This document shows, piece after piece, positions 52,901 through 64,000 of a stretch of 64,000 bases of DNA. How positions within the stretch are numbered: position 1 is the stretch's first letter; every line of letters begins with the position of its first letter. Under the pieces are notes generated by a model, which was not told the origin of the DNA, did no database searches, and saw only the letters and a program-made list of their open reading frames with translations. A program made the translations under genes and the position numbers. The stretch is from Monocercomonoides exilis PA203 (Eukaryota > Protista > Preaxostyla), in NCBI GenBank assembly GCA_001643675.2, contig LSRY02000043.1, positions 682,001 through 746,000 on the forward strand, given 5' to 3'.

Positions 52901-53309
52901 CACAAAATCTGGAAATCGCCTTTGCCCCAAATGACACAGAAACCTGCTTCAGAAAAAGAGACGAACAAGATGTCACTATCTGACACTGTCTTCCTGTGGG
53001 AAAGAAGGTGAGTTTTGAGGCACAAAAAGTGCTGTTGTGCATTTCAATAAATGTGTCGATGGTCGAAGACACCGGCTTTGTGAAGTTCTTTTCCGCAATT
53101 TCGTTTTCGTGTTTCAAATTTGCATCTTCATCAACTGCAATGGACGGAGCACTTCTTTCTACTGAAATCGGTCCATTATCCATCTCGTCAAGGCCAAAGG
53201 AAACAACCCTCTTGCTGGCACTTTTTGAAAGATATTCAATTCTTGTGTTGGCGGCTAATTGAAAGGATATGGAAATGAATGCAGATATCAGCAAGCACTT
53301 GTCGAGCAT
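40910..53309 (-). CDS. right copy of the giant receptor-pseudokinase; two different 1-nt frameshifts (~48368, ~45291)
   Basis: ORFs 48366-53309, 45238-48369 and 40910-45286 mirror the left copy. Confidence 0.88.
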
Positions 53310-53654
53310 GGAAACTTAAAACAGAAATTAGAGTTTTTTTCAAAATTGGGTTTTTGATAACCCATTCTTTTCCCTTATTTTTCTGATGAACTTTTTTGTT
53401 CTTAAAATTTAAATGTAAAAACATTCAAAAAACTCAATTGATTGATAGTAATTTTGCAAGAGCAGAAAATAGGTGTAACCAAAACACTTTATTCAAATCA
53501 CTCTTTCGTCACGATTTTCATTCAACATGATTTTTTTTTTAAAAAAATATCAAATTTGGAATATGAAGAGATCAACAGAATTGGAATTTTTTTTTTGTGC
53601 TTTTTTCTTTATTGGTACCAAAATTTTATGTAATGAAAAAACGTTAAAAACACA

Positions 53655-55250
53655 TCAAAAAAATACAAAACTCGAATCAATTTCTCTTCTCACTTTTCTT
53701 TTTCCATTTTCACGTTCAAAGGGGTCAAATTCATCACTTGTTTCATCGTCATCATTCTTTATTTTTCTGAATTTCCTTTTCACTTTTTTCTCCAAAGGCA
53801 ATTCTTCTTCTTCAATTTCCTTTTCTTTTTCTTCAATTTCTTCAATTTTCATCTTGTGATTTTCATTATATTCATCCCATTCATCAAGAAGCTTTTCTTT
53901 TGTTATTTCTTTTCCGAAGAAGTCGAAACAATGTGAATGAGAAGGAATGAAGTATTGAGAAGACTGAGGAAGCTTCATGTCCACAGATCCAGATCCATTG
54001 CTGAGGACTCCGCTGTTAATGAAGGCTTTTTTGATCACAGATCATGTGAATGCTGTCTGAAGGGCTTGTGGCAATACAACTGCAACAGCTGTTCTTTTTG
54101 AAGATGAGGAGGTGGATGATAGAGAGCTGTAATTGTTTGAAAGCTCTGACTTCAACACTGCAAATACAACTCTGTCCAGCGACTGCGATGTGTGTATTGA
54201 ATGTGGAACGACTGAGACAACATCAATTACAGCTTCCTTGAACCGTCTCCAAACATTCGAATCTGCACGTGATGAAAGTGAGTACAGCAGAAAAAGGCAA
54301 TGATAAAATTCTTTAAGGATTTGCTTTCTTCTGCAGATGATAGCCGACAGAAGAACTGTTAAGGCGTATTTTTTGAATGACGTTTTATCCATCCAGCCGT
54401 TTGTGTTTGGCCAAATGTCAAGCGACGGCGTCAACAGTGTTGTAAGTTCTTTCGGAAGATTTGCGCTCGGCCACAGCACGACAGACGGAAGAGAGAAGCC
54501 ATCAGCAGCGATTCCAGCAACGAGAGTGGCATTCGGCATCTGTTCAGCAGTCTTTTTGAACCCAGCTTGTTCATCTGCAGGATGAACAACAACGCCGCGT
54601 GTGGAAGTCGGAATTCGAAGCGAAGATTCATCAATATTGAAGATTAATTCCTCTGGATATTTATTTTCTTTATGGAATACTTGTAATTCGGAATACCACT
54701 GCTTTAGGACTTTCTGACAAGATTCTGCAAGTCTGTTGACATCAACTTGCTTTGGAAGCGACGACTTCAATTCCGGATGGCGCTTTATGAAGGCGTAAAC
54801 TGTCTTTAAAGTTGCAGTCTTTTTCTTCTTTTCTTCATTTTCTCCTTCTTCTTCACTATCGTTAATTATATTTTCCATCAAAATACCAATTAATATATAA
54901 TTTAAATATCAATTGCAAACCAGATCGCGTGCTTTTCGTAATGTGAGGCTTGTCCCAGATAGGGATTCAATTGTGACTTCTTCTAAGAATTGCTTTTCTT
55001 TTTCGCAACTTATAATTGGTGGGTGCCCTACTTTTGTAATCGGTCTGCCTTTTTCAAAGCTTTAACGGTGTGCTCCAAAGATTTTTTGCTGATTCCACCG
55101 TATTAAACCCCGTCGACAAGCCTGACAACATTATCATTCACAATGAGTGCAATCCTTTCCAATCTTGTCTCATATTTCTTGTAACGTAATGAAGACATTG
55201 CTTCCTTTAGCCGCTTCTGTGCTGCTTCAGCTTTCTTTTTCACAAAAAAT
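53655..55250 (-). pseudogene. pogo/Fot1-like DDE_1 transposase, copy 3, degenerate
   Basis: FIKRHPELK, FNIDES and SQSLDRVVFAVLK present. Second Asp lost (LLYSLSS). Stop near 54042 and frameshifted N-terminus. 5' boundary approximate. Confidence 0.88.
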
Positions 55251-55329
55251 TTCAAATATATATTATGGGAATGATCATTAATTAATTTTTTTTATTTATA
55301 AATTCTCACTGAAAAATTTCAGATTTTGG

Positions 55330-55572
55330 TTTCTATATTTTTTTGAAAAGTTCCTTTTGTGCAATTTACAAAAAGAATAAAAATTTCCTATTTCGATCAA
55401 ATTTCTGTTTCCACTCACCAAATTTTGCTGTCGTGAAAAAAAAATCTTGACTATGTTATTATTTCTATTTTTGTGAGGTTTCATGAGAAAGAACAGAAAA
55501 TTGATAGAAATATGAAACATTTTTTTAAAATTTGTAAATTCATCACTTGCAACTTTTCAAAAAGAATAACAC
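55330..55572. repeat. ~240-bp fold-back family copy D, upstream of transposase copy 3
   Basis: Colinear with 24051-24292 (tttcgatcaaatttctgtt..aattttgctgtc..aatcttgac..tgttattat). Ends gcaacttttcaaaaagaataacac. Confidence 0.82.
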
Positions 55573-56344
55573 AAGACTTCAGAATAATCATTCTTTCATA
55601 ATCAACCAGAATTGAAATCGCAAAAATAGAAGACAATGAAATCGATTCATCAAGTCTAATCTTGCAAAATAGTTGTGTGATTATTTTTAGAAATTATTTT
55701 TTTCAATCTAAAATTTTTGTTTGTAAATTACATATGAGTTTTCTTTTATTATCCCAAATTGTTATAACTGTTTTCAAAGAGAAAATTTTCAACCTTTAAT
55801 TATCAAACATCGTCATTAAAAAAACAAATATCAACTTATTTCCTTTTGAATAAATTAATCATCTTCAAAGAAACTAAAATTACGAAAAACAAATCCCAAA
55901 AGAAATATGCAATATAAAAAACTTCTTTCTGTCTATCAATCTTTGGAAAAATTTTCAACGTGAATTGTGTGCTAAACACAAATTCAGAAAAAAAGCAATT
56001 TTTGTTGTTTATAAATGGGTGAAAATATGCACATTCAAGCATATTTTCATATTTCTTAATATTTTTTTTTTCACTCATATATTTATTACACATTCTCAGA
56101 TTTCAAAATACAGTTTATTTCCTATCTGAAAACATGAATCATTGATATTATATTATCTTGTTTTGCGAATTCACGCTTATTTAAAAAATGAAGTTATTTT
56201 TTTGATTTATTTCACAAAAAGTTCATCTTCAACATATATTTTTTCTATAAAAAACAACCTGAAGTTTTTAATTTTTGCCTCAGTTATTTTAAAATAAACT
56301 TATGATACCAAAAAACAAGTTGCTTCATTTTCGAAGTTTCCTTT

Positions 56345-57259
56345 AGTCGATTGCCTTTCTCCTTCGAAAGTGCAAAACATGAAACTTGTGGCTGGTGTAG
56401 CCTATGGTAGCTTTTCTTTGACTGCTATTGTTCTTTGGACGAGTTCCAATATTCCAGTAGAGTTAACACCTTTTGCTATCTCCTTCGCTTGATGTGTGGT
56501 GCAATACGAACGGTTGGATGAATTTTTTTTTTATTCGAACGATACTCTTTGCGTGTTCTTCTTCCAGAAATATTAGAAAGAAAGAAAAGGATGAAATTGA
56601 CTGAAGAGAGATGTTTCCTATTCGTTGATTCGCACAGCTCTCGTGCAAACCCTATTATTTGGAGAAAATTTATGGAATCGAATGTGGATGTCATCACATT
56701 TGTTCCTCACACAACACATATTTCACAACCTCTCGATAGAGGTGTTTTTGCTGTTCTTAAATCGGTTTTAAATTCATCAAAAGAAATCCCTCAATCTTCA
56801 ACAGCTTCTTCCAACAGAAAGGCTTTGGCGGACATCCTTCCTCAAGCTCTTCACTCTGCATTCGCACCATCAGTAATTAAGAATGCATTTGATGCAAGTG
56901 GTGTTTTGTTCAGATCGTCAGGACCAGTTTTACGTAAATTGCCCAAACACTCTTCATTTCCTTTGCCCACTTATTCAAATCGTTTTGATTTTTACGGAAA
57001 ACTGCTCACAAATGAGGATTTCTTAGAAAAGTGGAAAGAAGATATCTTTATTCGAACAAGTGCGAAATGTTCCGAAGCCGAAGAAAAAACAGAAAACATT
57101 GAAGATACTCTTCCATTAAAGTCAAAGAAGAAAAGAGTTTATCTAAGAATTTTGCATGATGATTTAGAAAATATCGAAGAAGAAAATTCTGCAGATCAAA
57201 GTTCAGGAAAAAGAAAAATTCGAAGACTATTTGACCCAATTTTTATTTATTTTTGCTAA
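56345..57259 (+). pseudogene. 5'-truncated DD35D transposase, copy 4
   Basis: 56476-57239 is almost identical to 946-1708; the flanks are homologous but diverged. Confidence 0.92.
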
Positions 57260-57649
57260 TTGAATGCGTATTTTTTTTCTTCTCTACAAAAATATATAAC
57301 TAATAAAAAAATGGACAACAAAAACACAAACTTAATGTTTTTGGAACTAATTTTATTAAATCAGAAGATCAGTTCGAAAACAGTTTGCGAAGAAAGAAAA
57401 GATTGCATCGAAATAGCAACACTAATGCTCAGAAGAGTGATTTATAAAAAAAATCATTTGTGGATATAACAGTTATTTTAACTTTTTTCAACATTCAAAG
57501 ATGTATTTTTTTTATTAACAAATTCTTGCAAAAACCAATTCAGCTTTTTGTATTAATTCCCCTTTGAATTTAAAGCTTTCACACCCCCCAATTCACCTCA
57601 GCTTTAATCAATAAATAAAAAAGAATTATTCTCGAATTATCTTTATACC

Positions 57650-59990
57650 TCACAACTCCTTCTTTAAGTTATTATGATATGATTCAGATTTAAATACAAC
57701 CCTATTATCTCTTCCTTCAAAGTTTTTGCTGCAGTGCCAATCTCCAATGTCCATCTTCCATTCTTTTGTTACAAAACGTCCATTTTCGTTCCAGTCTTCT
57801 CTTTGAAATGAATCAATCCTTTGAGCATATAGAGATTCATCCTTTTTTTCACATAAGCAAGGAAGCGATAAAACCTTCAAAAAAAGAAAATAATAAAGCA
57901 AATCAAATATTTTTCATAAAACTCTTTGTTTCATACTGCTTGATATTCCATCTCCGAGATCTGCATCCAGCTGCTTATTGCTGCATCAGAAGAATATCCA
58001 CATTTTAGCCTTACGCTCAAATTGTGAGGAGAATTATTATAATCTTCGCTCTCTCTTTTAGCAAAGTGCATGAACCATTCTTTTTGTCCCTTTTCTGTTT
58101 CGATCATTTTTTCAAGTTTTTCTTCTTTTTCACCTGTGACTTCTTCAAACACGGGACTATTTGAAATGTGATGAAAATAGCTGCTTGTTTTATGCTTACC
58201 CCATTCTTTCGGTGAAACAGTTGCCTTATCAGCAAATTTGAATGTCCATGAAAAACTATATAAATATAAACATTAACATAACAGATTTAAATTATAATGA
58301 TTTTAAATAACTGAATTTCTAATAAAGTTAGCAAACCCTGAAGTTTCTCCCTCAAATGATTCATCAATGAAATGAGTTAAACACATCATCAATGATTGAT
58401 CTGTAAGTCCGAACAAATATGTATAAGGATGTTAAAAAAATAAATTGATGATTTCATTTTAAAAAATTGCTTCATAATTCCAAAAAACTTTAAAGGGTTG
58501 TTGAAATAACAAAAAGATTAAAACAAAACTGAAAAAAAAATATTTGGTTAAAATATAAAATTCCAGAAATTTCTTTACCCACTCGACCAACTCTCAGCAA
58601 ACATAAATTCCATACCACTTTTGTTCTCGACAAAATTTTCCCAACTCTTCAATTTTGACTGAAGATCTTTTAATTCTCTTTCTCTTTCACTTTGCTTCCA
58701 ATCAAAATCGTCGTAGCTGCTGTGATATGAAAAATCATCTTCACTGTCATTTTCCATATCAAATATTTCTTTTCCAAAAAGAGTTTCACCAACTTGATTT
58801 GTCAGTTTTTTAAATGCTCTGTTCGTTTTTTGAAAGACAGAACCGATTTTCCTTCCAATTCTTCTAAAAAAAGTTGTTTTTTCTTTTCCCGTTTCTTCTT
58901 CCGATTGGTCAAATTCTGTTTCATCTTGTTCCACAGAGTTCTCTTCATTGATGTCCCCTTGATATTGTTCTTCATTTTCATGAATCATATTTTCCTCAGC
59001 ATTAATTGAATTACTCATATCTTTTTCAGCGTCTTCTTTAACAATATCTTCATTGATGCTACCATTCTCGTTATTGTTATTGGCTTCTTCAAATTTGTTC
59101 GACTCATCTTCATTTTGAATTGAATTTTGTTCATTGTTTTCTAATTTTTCTCCAGCTTTCTCATTATCAACATTGCTTGTTTCTGTTTCGATTTCTTTAT
59201 CTTCCTTTTCGCTCGATTGATCTTCATTTTCTTTAAATGGAGCACTTTTTTCATTCTGCTTGTTTTTATGCATTTCATCTTCGTAATTTATTTTTTCTTT
59301 CAATTTTTCAATTTTTTTCTTTAAATCAATCAAAGATTTTTGAAATTTGTTCGAATTTCCAGAACTGGAATAGCTTTCTTTGGCTTTCAAAACTTTTTTA
59401 ATTTCTTTTAGTCGATTTGTTATGTTGAATTCGAATTGTTGAATAAACTGAGAACATGATTTGTGTATTTGAGAAGGTGAAGGATGCGTTAATGTCGCTT
59501 CATCACTTCCGTCACAACAATCTAAAAAAGAAAAAAAGTGTCATCAATAATAATTGTTCCAGAAAATCTTCACACCAATGATTCCATCATCAACCCTGCT
59601 GGATTCGATGTAATAGCCTTTGAATCCTGGATTTGAACACCAAAATTTCCCGTTGGGACATGCAGATGTTCCCGGTTCGTCGCTTCCATCAGCGCAATCA
59701 CAATATCCATCATTCACCTGAGATATGGAAATACTGTCAATAATCCAATTTTTTTTTTTTAATTTGAAAAAAAAAAATAAATGAATAACAGTAAAACTTT
59801 TTTGATTGATCAAGACATGTGAAAATCTCACCAGAATAAAAAGATTGTACTAATTCAAGAGATATTTTTTTGGAGTTATAACATTTATTAAAAATTGAGT
59901 CACACGTTTTGGATGAATTCCTCGAATAGAACTGGAAATTGATAACTGAAATAAAGAGCAGAAAACACAAATAAATAGCAAATTATTCAT
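57650..59990 (-). CDS. PRKCSH: glucosidase II beta subunit (PRKCSH/GTB1-like), multi-exon
   Basis: Signal peptide and IRGIHP, then [35 protein letters not shown] / DCCDGSDE, an acidic coil, Cys-containing C-terminal exons (LKCG) and terminal KKEL. Confidence 0.88.
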
Positions 59991-60302
59991 CACTAAAATA
60001 AGTTGAAAAAGAATGATTGCCCTTTGATACTTTATGTTAATAAGAATACCTTTCAATTGATGAATAAACAAACTCACTTATACTCAGTATTTTTATTTTG
60101 GGAACATTTTTTGAAAATTTTTAACAATTTTTAAAAAATAATTTAAATACAATTTATCACAACAAATTTTTTATAAAAAAAAATATCCAAGCAAAATTAT
60201 AATAATAAACAAATTAGAATGGTTGGAATAAGAAAATTCAACTTTGAAAGTATTATAAATTTTTTCACATTGGTCAAAATAAAAGCTGATAACGTTCCCT
60301 AT

Positions 60303-60932
60303 TTATTCGATAAATTTAAAGTAATCATCTTTTCTTGGGCGAGGCTCATCTCCAGAATCAGCAGCTCTATATCCAACTGGAAGAGCAATAAAGAAATCAT
60401 CTTCCTCTGCTATCCCAACATCATGACGAATAATTTCGTCTCCATACCATTTTGCCAAAGCAACAGGAACAGTGGCAAGACCAATTCGTTCTGCAACAAG
60501 AAGCATATTCTGAACAGCAAGTCCAAGATCAAACTCCTTCAAAACTCCTCCACTTTTCTTGGTGCAGCAATAAATCACTGCAGGTGCACCATAAAACACT
60601 GTATCTGGGCATCCGCGTTCATGTGATTTTTTAACCATTTCACCCAGTTTATCAGCAGCAGCTTCTTCAATCTTTTTTCCAATGGCCAAATTTTTCTCTC
60701 TATTGGTTACAACATAAAAGCACCATGATTGAGCATTCATTCCAGAAGGAGAAAGATGGCCAGCATCTAAGATCTGTAACAACAATTCTTTTGGAACAGG
60801 TTTTGGATCAAACTGAATAATGTTGATTTCACACACATAACACATTTTAAAATGACATAAAAGAATATATTCAACAAAAATTCATGCCTTTCTGCAAGAA
60901 TATCTACGCTTGATAAGTTCAATAACTTCCAT
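60303..60932 (-). CDS. FMN-dependent nitroreductase family protein; GC-AG intron 60813-60887
   Basis: MEVIELIKRRYSCRK | FDPKPVP, SPSGMNAQSW, FYGAP, DLGLAVQNMLLVAERIGLAT, PVGY. Confidence 0.93.
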
Positions 60933-61028
60933 CTTTTTTGATTATTGGTTTTGCCGAAAAATAACCATATTTTATTATTTTTGTTTATTTAATAGAGAAT
61001 AAATTATAAAAAGCAAGTAAAAGCGATA

Positions 61029-63528
61029 ATGGAAATGGTAAACATTACCTTAGTAAATGTTCATACGTTTATTGTGAAATTTTAATAATTTATTTTTACG
61101 CTTTCAAGTCGCGAAATGAGTCTGTTATTCGGACAGCTCACGAAGGAAATGTGGCTGTTCAGGATTTGATAAAGATGTGGAAGGCGATGGAAGCAGGAAA
61201 CGGAAAGGAAAAGCAGGCACCTGCTTCGAAACAAGTATGATTTTTTAGAATTTATTGTAAAATCATAAGAACTGTGATTATTCTTTCCTTTTTGTGTTAC
61301 AAATCACAATTATTTTTGAAAACAAATTTAATAGGTTGGCAAACTACATATAGATAGTAAACTTGCTTCTCAAATCCAAAAATCAGTATTTCTTTTGTTT
61401 TTTCTTCAAACATGAGAGATTTTCCAACATTTCCAATTTATTTTTATTTTTTTATTTTTTTTTTTATTTTTGCAGATGTTTGCTGCTAGAAATCAAAAGG
61501 CTCTTGATGCATTTAATAAAGGACATTTGAGAGCTGCAAACTCATCCAAAAATATTGGAAGTATCCAAAAAACATCTGCATTTGAAAGTCTGAAACGATT
61601 TTTCGGATTTGGAAAAAGCGAAAAACAAGGGACACCTAACCAAGGAAACAATAAAGCACGAAGTGATTCACGACCACCAAATATACAATCGTCCCAGACA
61701 ATTCAAACTTCAATTCAACCTCAACCGCCAAAACCCCTTGCTCCTTCTCCGCCTTCTGTACAGCCTCCTAATCCCCCTCCAGCTTCTCAGCAACAAGAGA
61801 ACATTCCATCTTCCTCGAATGCGCCCTCAGCAGCTGCATCCAACGAGCAAGGTGCCTCAAAGGATAGCGAGAAAATGCGTGAAATGCCAGTTCCGTCTGT
61901 TCCTGTTTCGCTTCTGATAGAAAAAAGTCGTTTAAGAGAAGAAATGTATTATGCAGCTGAACGCAACCAAGGAAGACAAGGGAGTGGGGCAGAAGGCAAT
62001 GAAGCATCTGTTGGACATTCAAATTTAAGTGCACTTCAGAATTCAGGAACATTTATGGCTTCTTCCTCATCTTCCTCTTCTTCATCTTCTTCATCTTCTT
62101 CATCTTCTCAGTCTTCTCCTCCCCTTTCGATCGCTGTTCCATCGAAAGAAGCCAAAAGCCAAAATCTTCCTTCTTCTGCCTTTTTCGACGAGGAACTGAA
62201 CGAGTACATCCAGTCAGGCGGGATTATCAGCTCTATTCTGATGAACTCTTCGTTTTCGCTTCCTGATTTCCCGCCGTTCATTTCGTACTCCACAGCCGCA
62301 CTCAAAGTGAACAAGGAGGACTCTGCTGAAGGAGAGGGTAAAGACGAAGAAAACAAAGGGAGGAAGGAGAAGGAGAAGGAGAAGGAAAAAGAGAAAGAGA
62401 AAGACGAATTTTCGAGTGTTTCCTGCGAACAGCGCTGTGCCACAGAGATGAAGCAGATCAAAACGGGGGTGCTGTCGAAGATTGTCGAGAAGATTACGAA
62501 TGGCGAGGCGGAGTGGCTCAACAACATCGACCCTTTTCTGCTCACACACAGAGACGTCGCTTCTTCTGAGGACGTGTTTATGCTGTTGCTGATGCGGTTC
62601 CGCGAGCTCGCAGCACATCTGCCGAATGCTTCTTTGAATAAGATGGAGAAAGAGAAAGAGAAAGAGAAGGAGAAGGAGAAGGATGAAAAGGATAGTGAAA
62701 ACAAAGAAAGAGATAGAATGCTTGAGAATGAAAAGCAGATGCGAGAAGCGAAAGAAGAGCTCGAAGAAATCGAATTTGAGAAAGAGCTGTGGGAGAAGAT
62801 GAAGAAGACACAGAACGAACAAGAACTGTGGCAGACTCCACTGATTCCGTATCCTTCTTTGTCTGCTCGCTTCAGAACATTCACTCCACCCCCACCTCCC
62901 TCATCATCCCCTTCTTCTTCTTCCACTTCAGATGAGAATAAACCAACACCCAAGCGCCCTTCTTTTGCTCCCACTTTGATCTCCACAAAGGGAAAAACGA
63001 ATAACAATGAAACAAATCAACAAGTTGCAACTGCATCACCTTCAAATTCTTCCACTTCTTCTACTTCTTCTTCTACATCACCTGTTTTATCTGCTTCTTC
63101 TTCTTCTTCTTCTTCTTCTTCTTCTGATTCTTCATCTCCTCCTGTTTCATCTCCTTCTGTTTCATCTCCTTCTGTCTCTTCAACAACAACAACTACTACT
63201 ACGACCACGCCTTCTTCTCCTTCATCTTCTTCTTCTTCCTCCTCTTCATCATCATCTTCTTCTTCTTCGGGAACATCTTCTCTTCCCACTTTGCGTGTAT
63301 TAACATTCTCCAAACAGAAAGACAAGGCTGAAGCGCCTTTGTCTCCGTCTCACTCACACTCTTTGCCTTCTTCCTCTACTTCATCTTCTTCCTCTTCTGC
63401 TTCATCTCCTCCTCTTTCTCCAAAAGATAAAGTTTCTCCTTCTCAAACTCCTTCCAATGAATCTTCAACATCTCCAGATAACTCCATTTCATCCTCAAGC
63501 AATTCAACATCATCATCTTCCTCTTCCA

Positions 63529-63559
<31 letters not shown>

Positions 63560-64000
63560 TTCTCTTTCTTCCCCTCCTCCCTTTTCCACCCTCTCCTCCT
63601 TCGCCACTCCCACCCGCTCTGTCTGCAGCATCGTTGCCAGATGGCTTCAGCTGCATCCTTCTGACTTCGATTCTGAGGCGATGTCGTTCATCTTCCGCAT
63701 GTTTTTGCGCGAGCTGACGAAAAAGAAAGGATTCGGAAGAGTTTCCGCTGAGCTGCTGAGGCTGTTTGTGTTGGCGATGGATGAAGACGAAGACGAAGAC
63801 GAAGACGAAGGAGGAAGTGATGAAGAAGAACACGATGAAAAAGAAGCAGATGGCGCCGGCTGTGAAAAGAGCCATGTGAAAGAAGGGAAAACGGAAAGGA
63901 ACGCAGCGAAAGAAGAGAGGAAGAGGAAGAGGATGATGAGAGTGTCTGTGAAGAGAGGGATGCCGCTGGGGTGGGTGTGCGACGGGAAAGAGCATCATTG
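61029..64000 (+). CDS. RasGEF-like protein (REM domain), multi-exon, runs off the window
   Basis: Large exon from 61476, apparently open to the window end, contains IKTGVLSKIVEKIT..FLLTHR..LLLMRF (62448-62600) and, in the same frame, RSVCSIVARWLQLHPSDFD (63615-63671). Small upstream exons; ATG at 61029 is tentative. Confidence 0.75.
63045..63600 (+). repeat. TCT/TCA low-complexity poly-Ser coding tract
   Basis: Runs of tcttcttct inside the RasGEF-like exon. Confidence 0.85.

Larger units (their letters stand above)
25220..53371. repeat. giant inverted duplication (palindrome): arms ~25220-39230 and ~39364-53371, 133-bp spacer
   Basis: The ORF track is mirrored throughout (coordinate sums 78590-78592 over the mirrored ORFs, 78594 near the axis). 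Differences seen are homopolymer indels, one SNP cluster and diverged edges. Confidence 0.98.

Noticed and set aside
25329-53262. Numerous antisense and alternative-frame ORFs within the palindrome arms
   Set aside because: They are shadows of the GC-richer giant ORF and show no recognisable motifs.
62108-63998. Minus-strand ORFs rich in Glu/Phe/Ser
   Set aside because: Antisense of the low-complexity plus-strand RasGEF-like exon, which is missing from the ORF track, probably because it has no stop inside the window.
1-64000. Non-standard genetic code (TAR=Gln or TGA=Trp) to explain the in-frame stops
   Set aside because: Intact genes end in TAA, TAG and TGA, and thousands of codons in the giant ORFs contain no internal stop codons; the stops are confined to decayed elements and exons.

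Overview
AT-rich eukaryotic DNA with short spliceosomal introns and the standard genetic code; gene content and style suggest an anaerobic metamonad protist, probably an oxymonad such as Monocercomonoides (inference). The window is dominated by a ~28-kb palindrome (25220-53371). Its two ~14-kb arms carry tail-to-tail copies of a ~4133-aa Cys/Gly-rich beta-helix-like receptor with a TM helix and a pseudokinase tail. The palindrome axis is a ~233-bp imperfect fold-back element. The same ~240-bp family forms the self-palindromic inverted ends of a pogo/Fot1-like DD35D transposon at 21714-24292 and occurs again at 55330-55572, which suggests transposon-end-seeded palindromic gene duplication. Other mobile DNA: a structurally complete DIRS-type tyrosine-recombinase retrotransposon (6859-12900, with ITRs, ICR and a TTG core), four DD35D transposase relics, a Merlin/ISXO2 relic, an 815-bp fold-back MITE and a near-perfect 354-bp hairpin. 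Host genes: FtsX-like permease (5' exons decayed), RNF216-like RBR E3 ligase, Rpb4/RPC17-family subunit, two-RRM protein, glucosidase II beta, nitroreductase (GC-AG intron) and the 5' part of a RasGEF-like gene.
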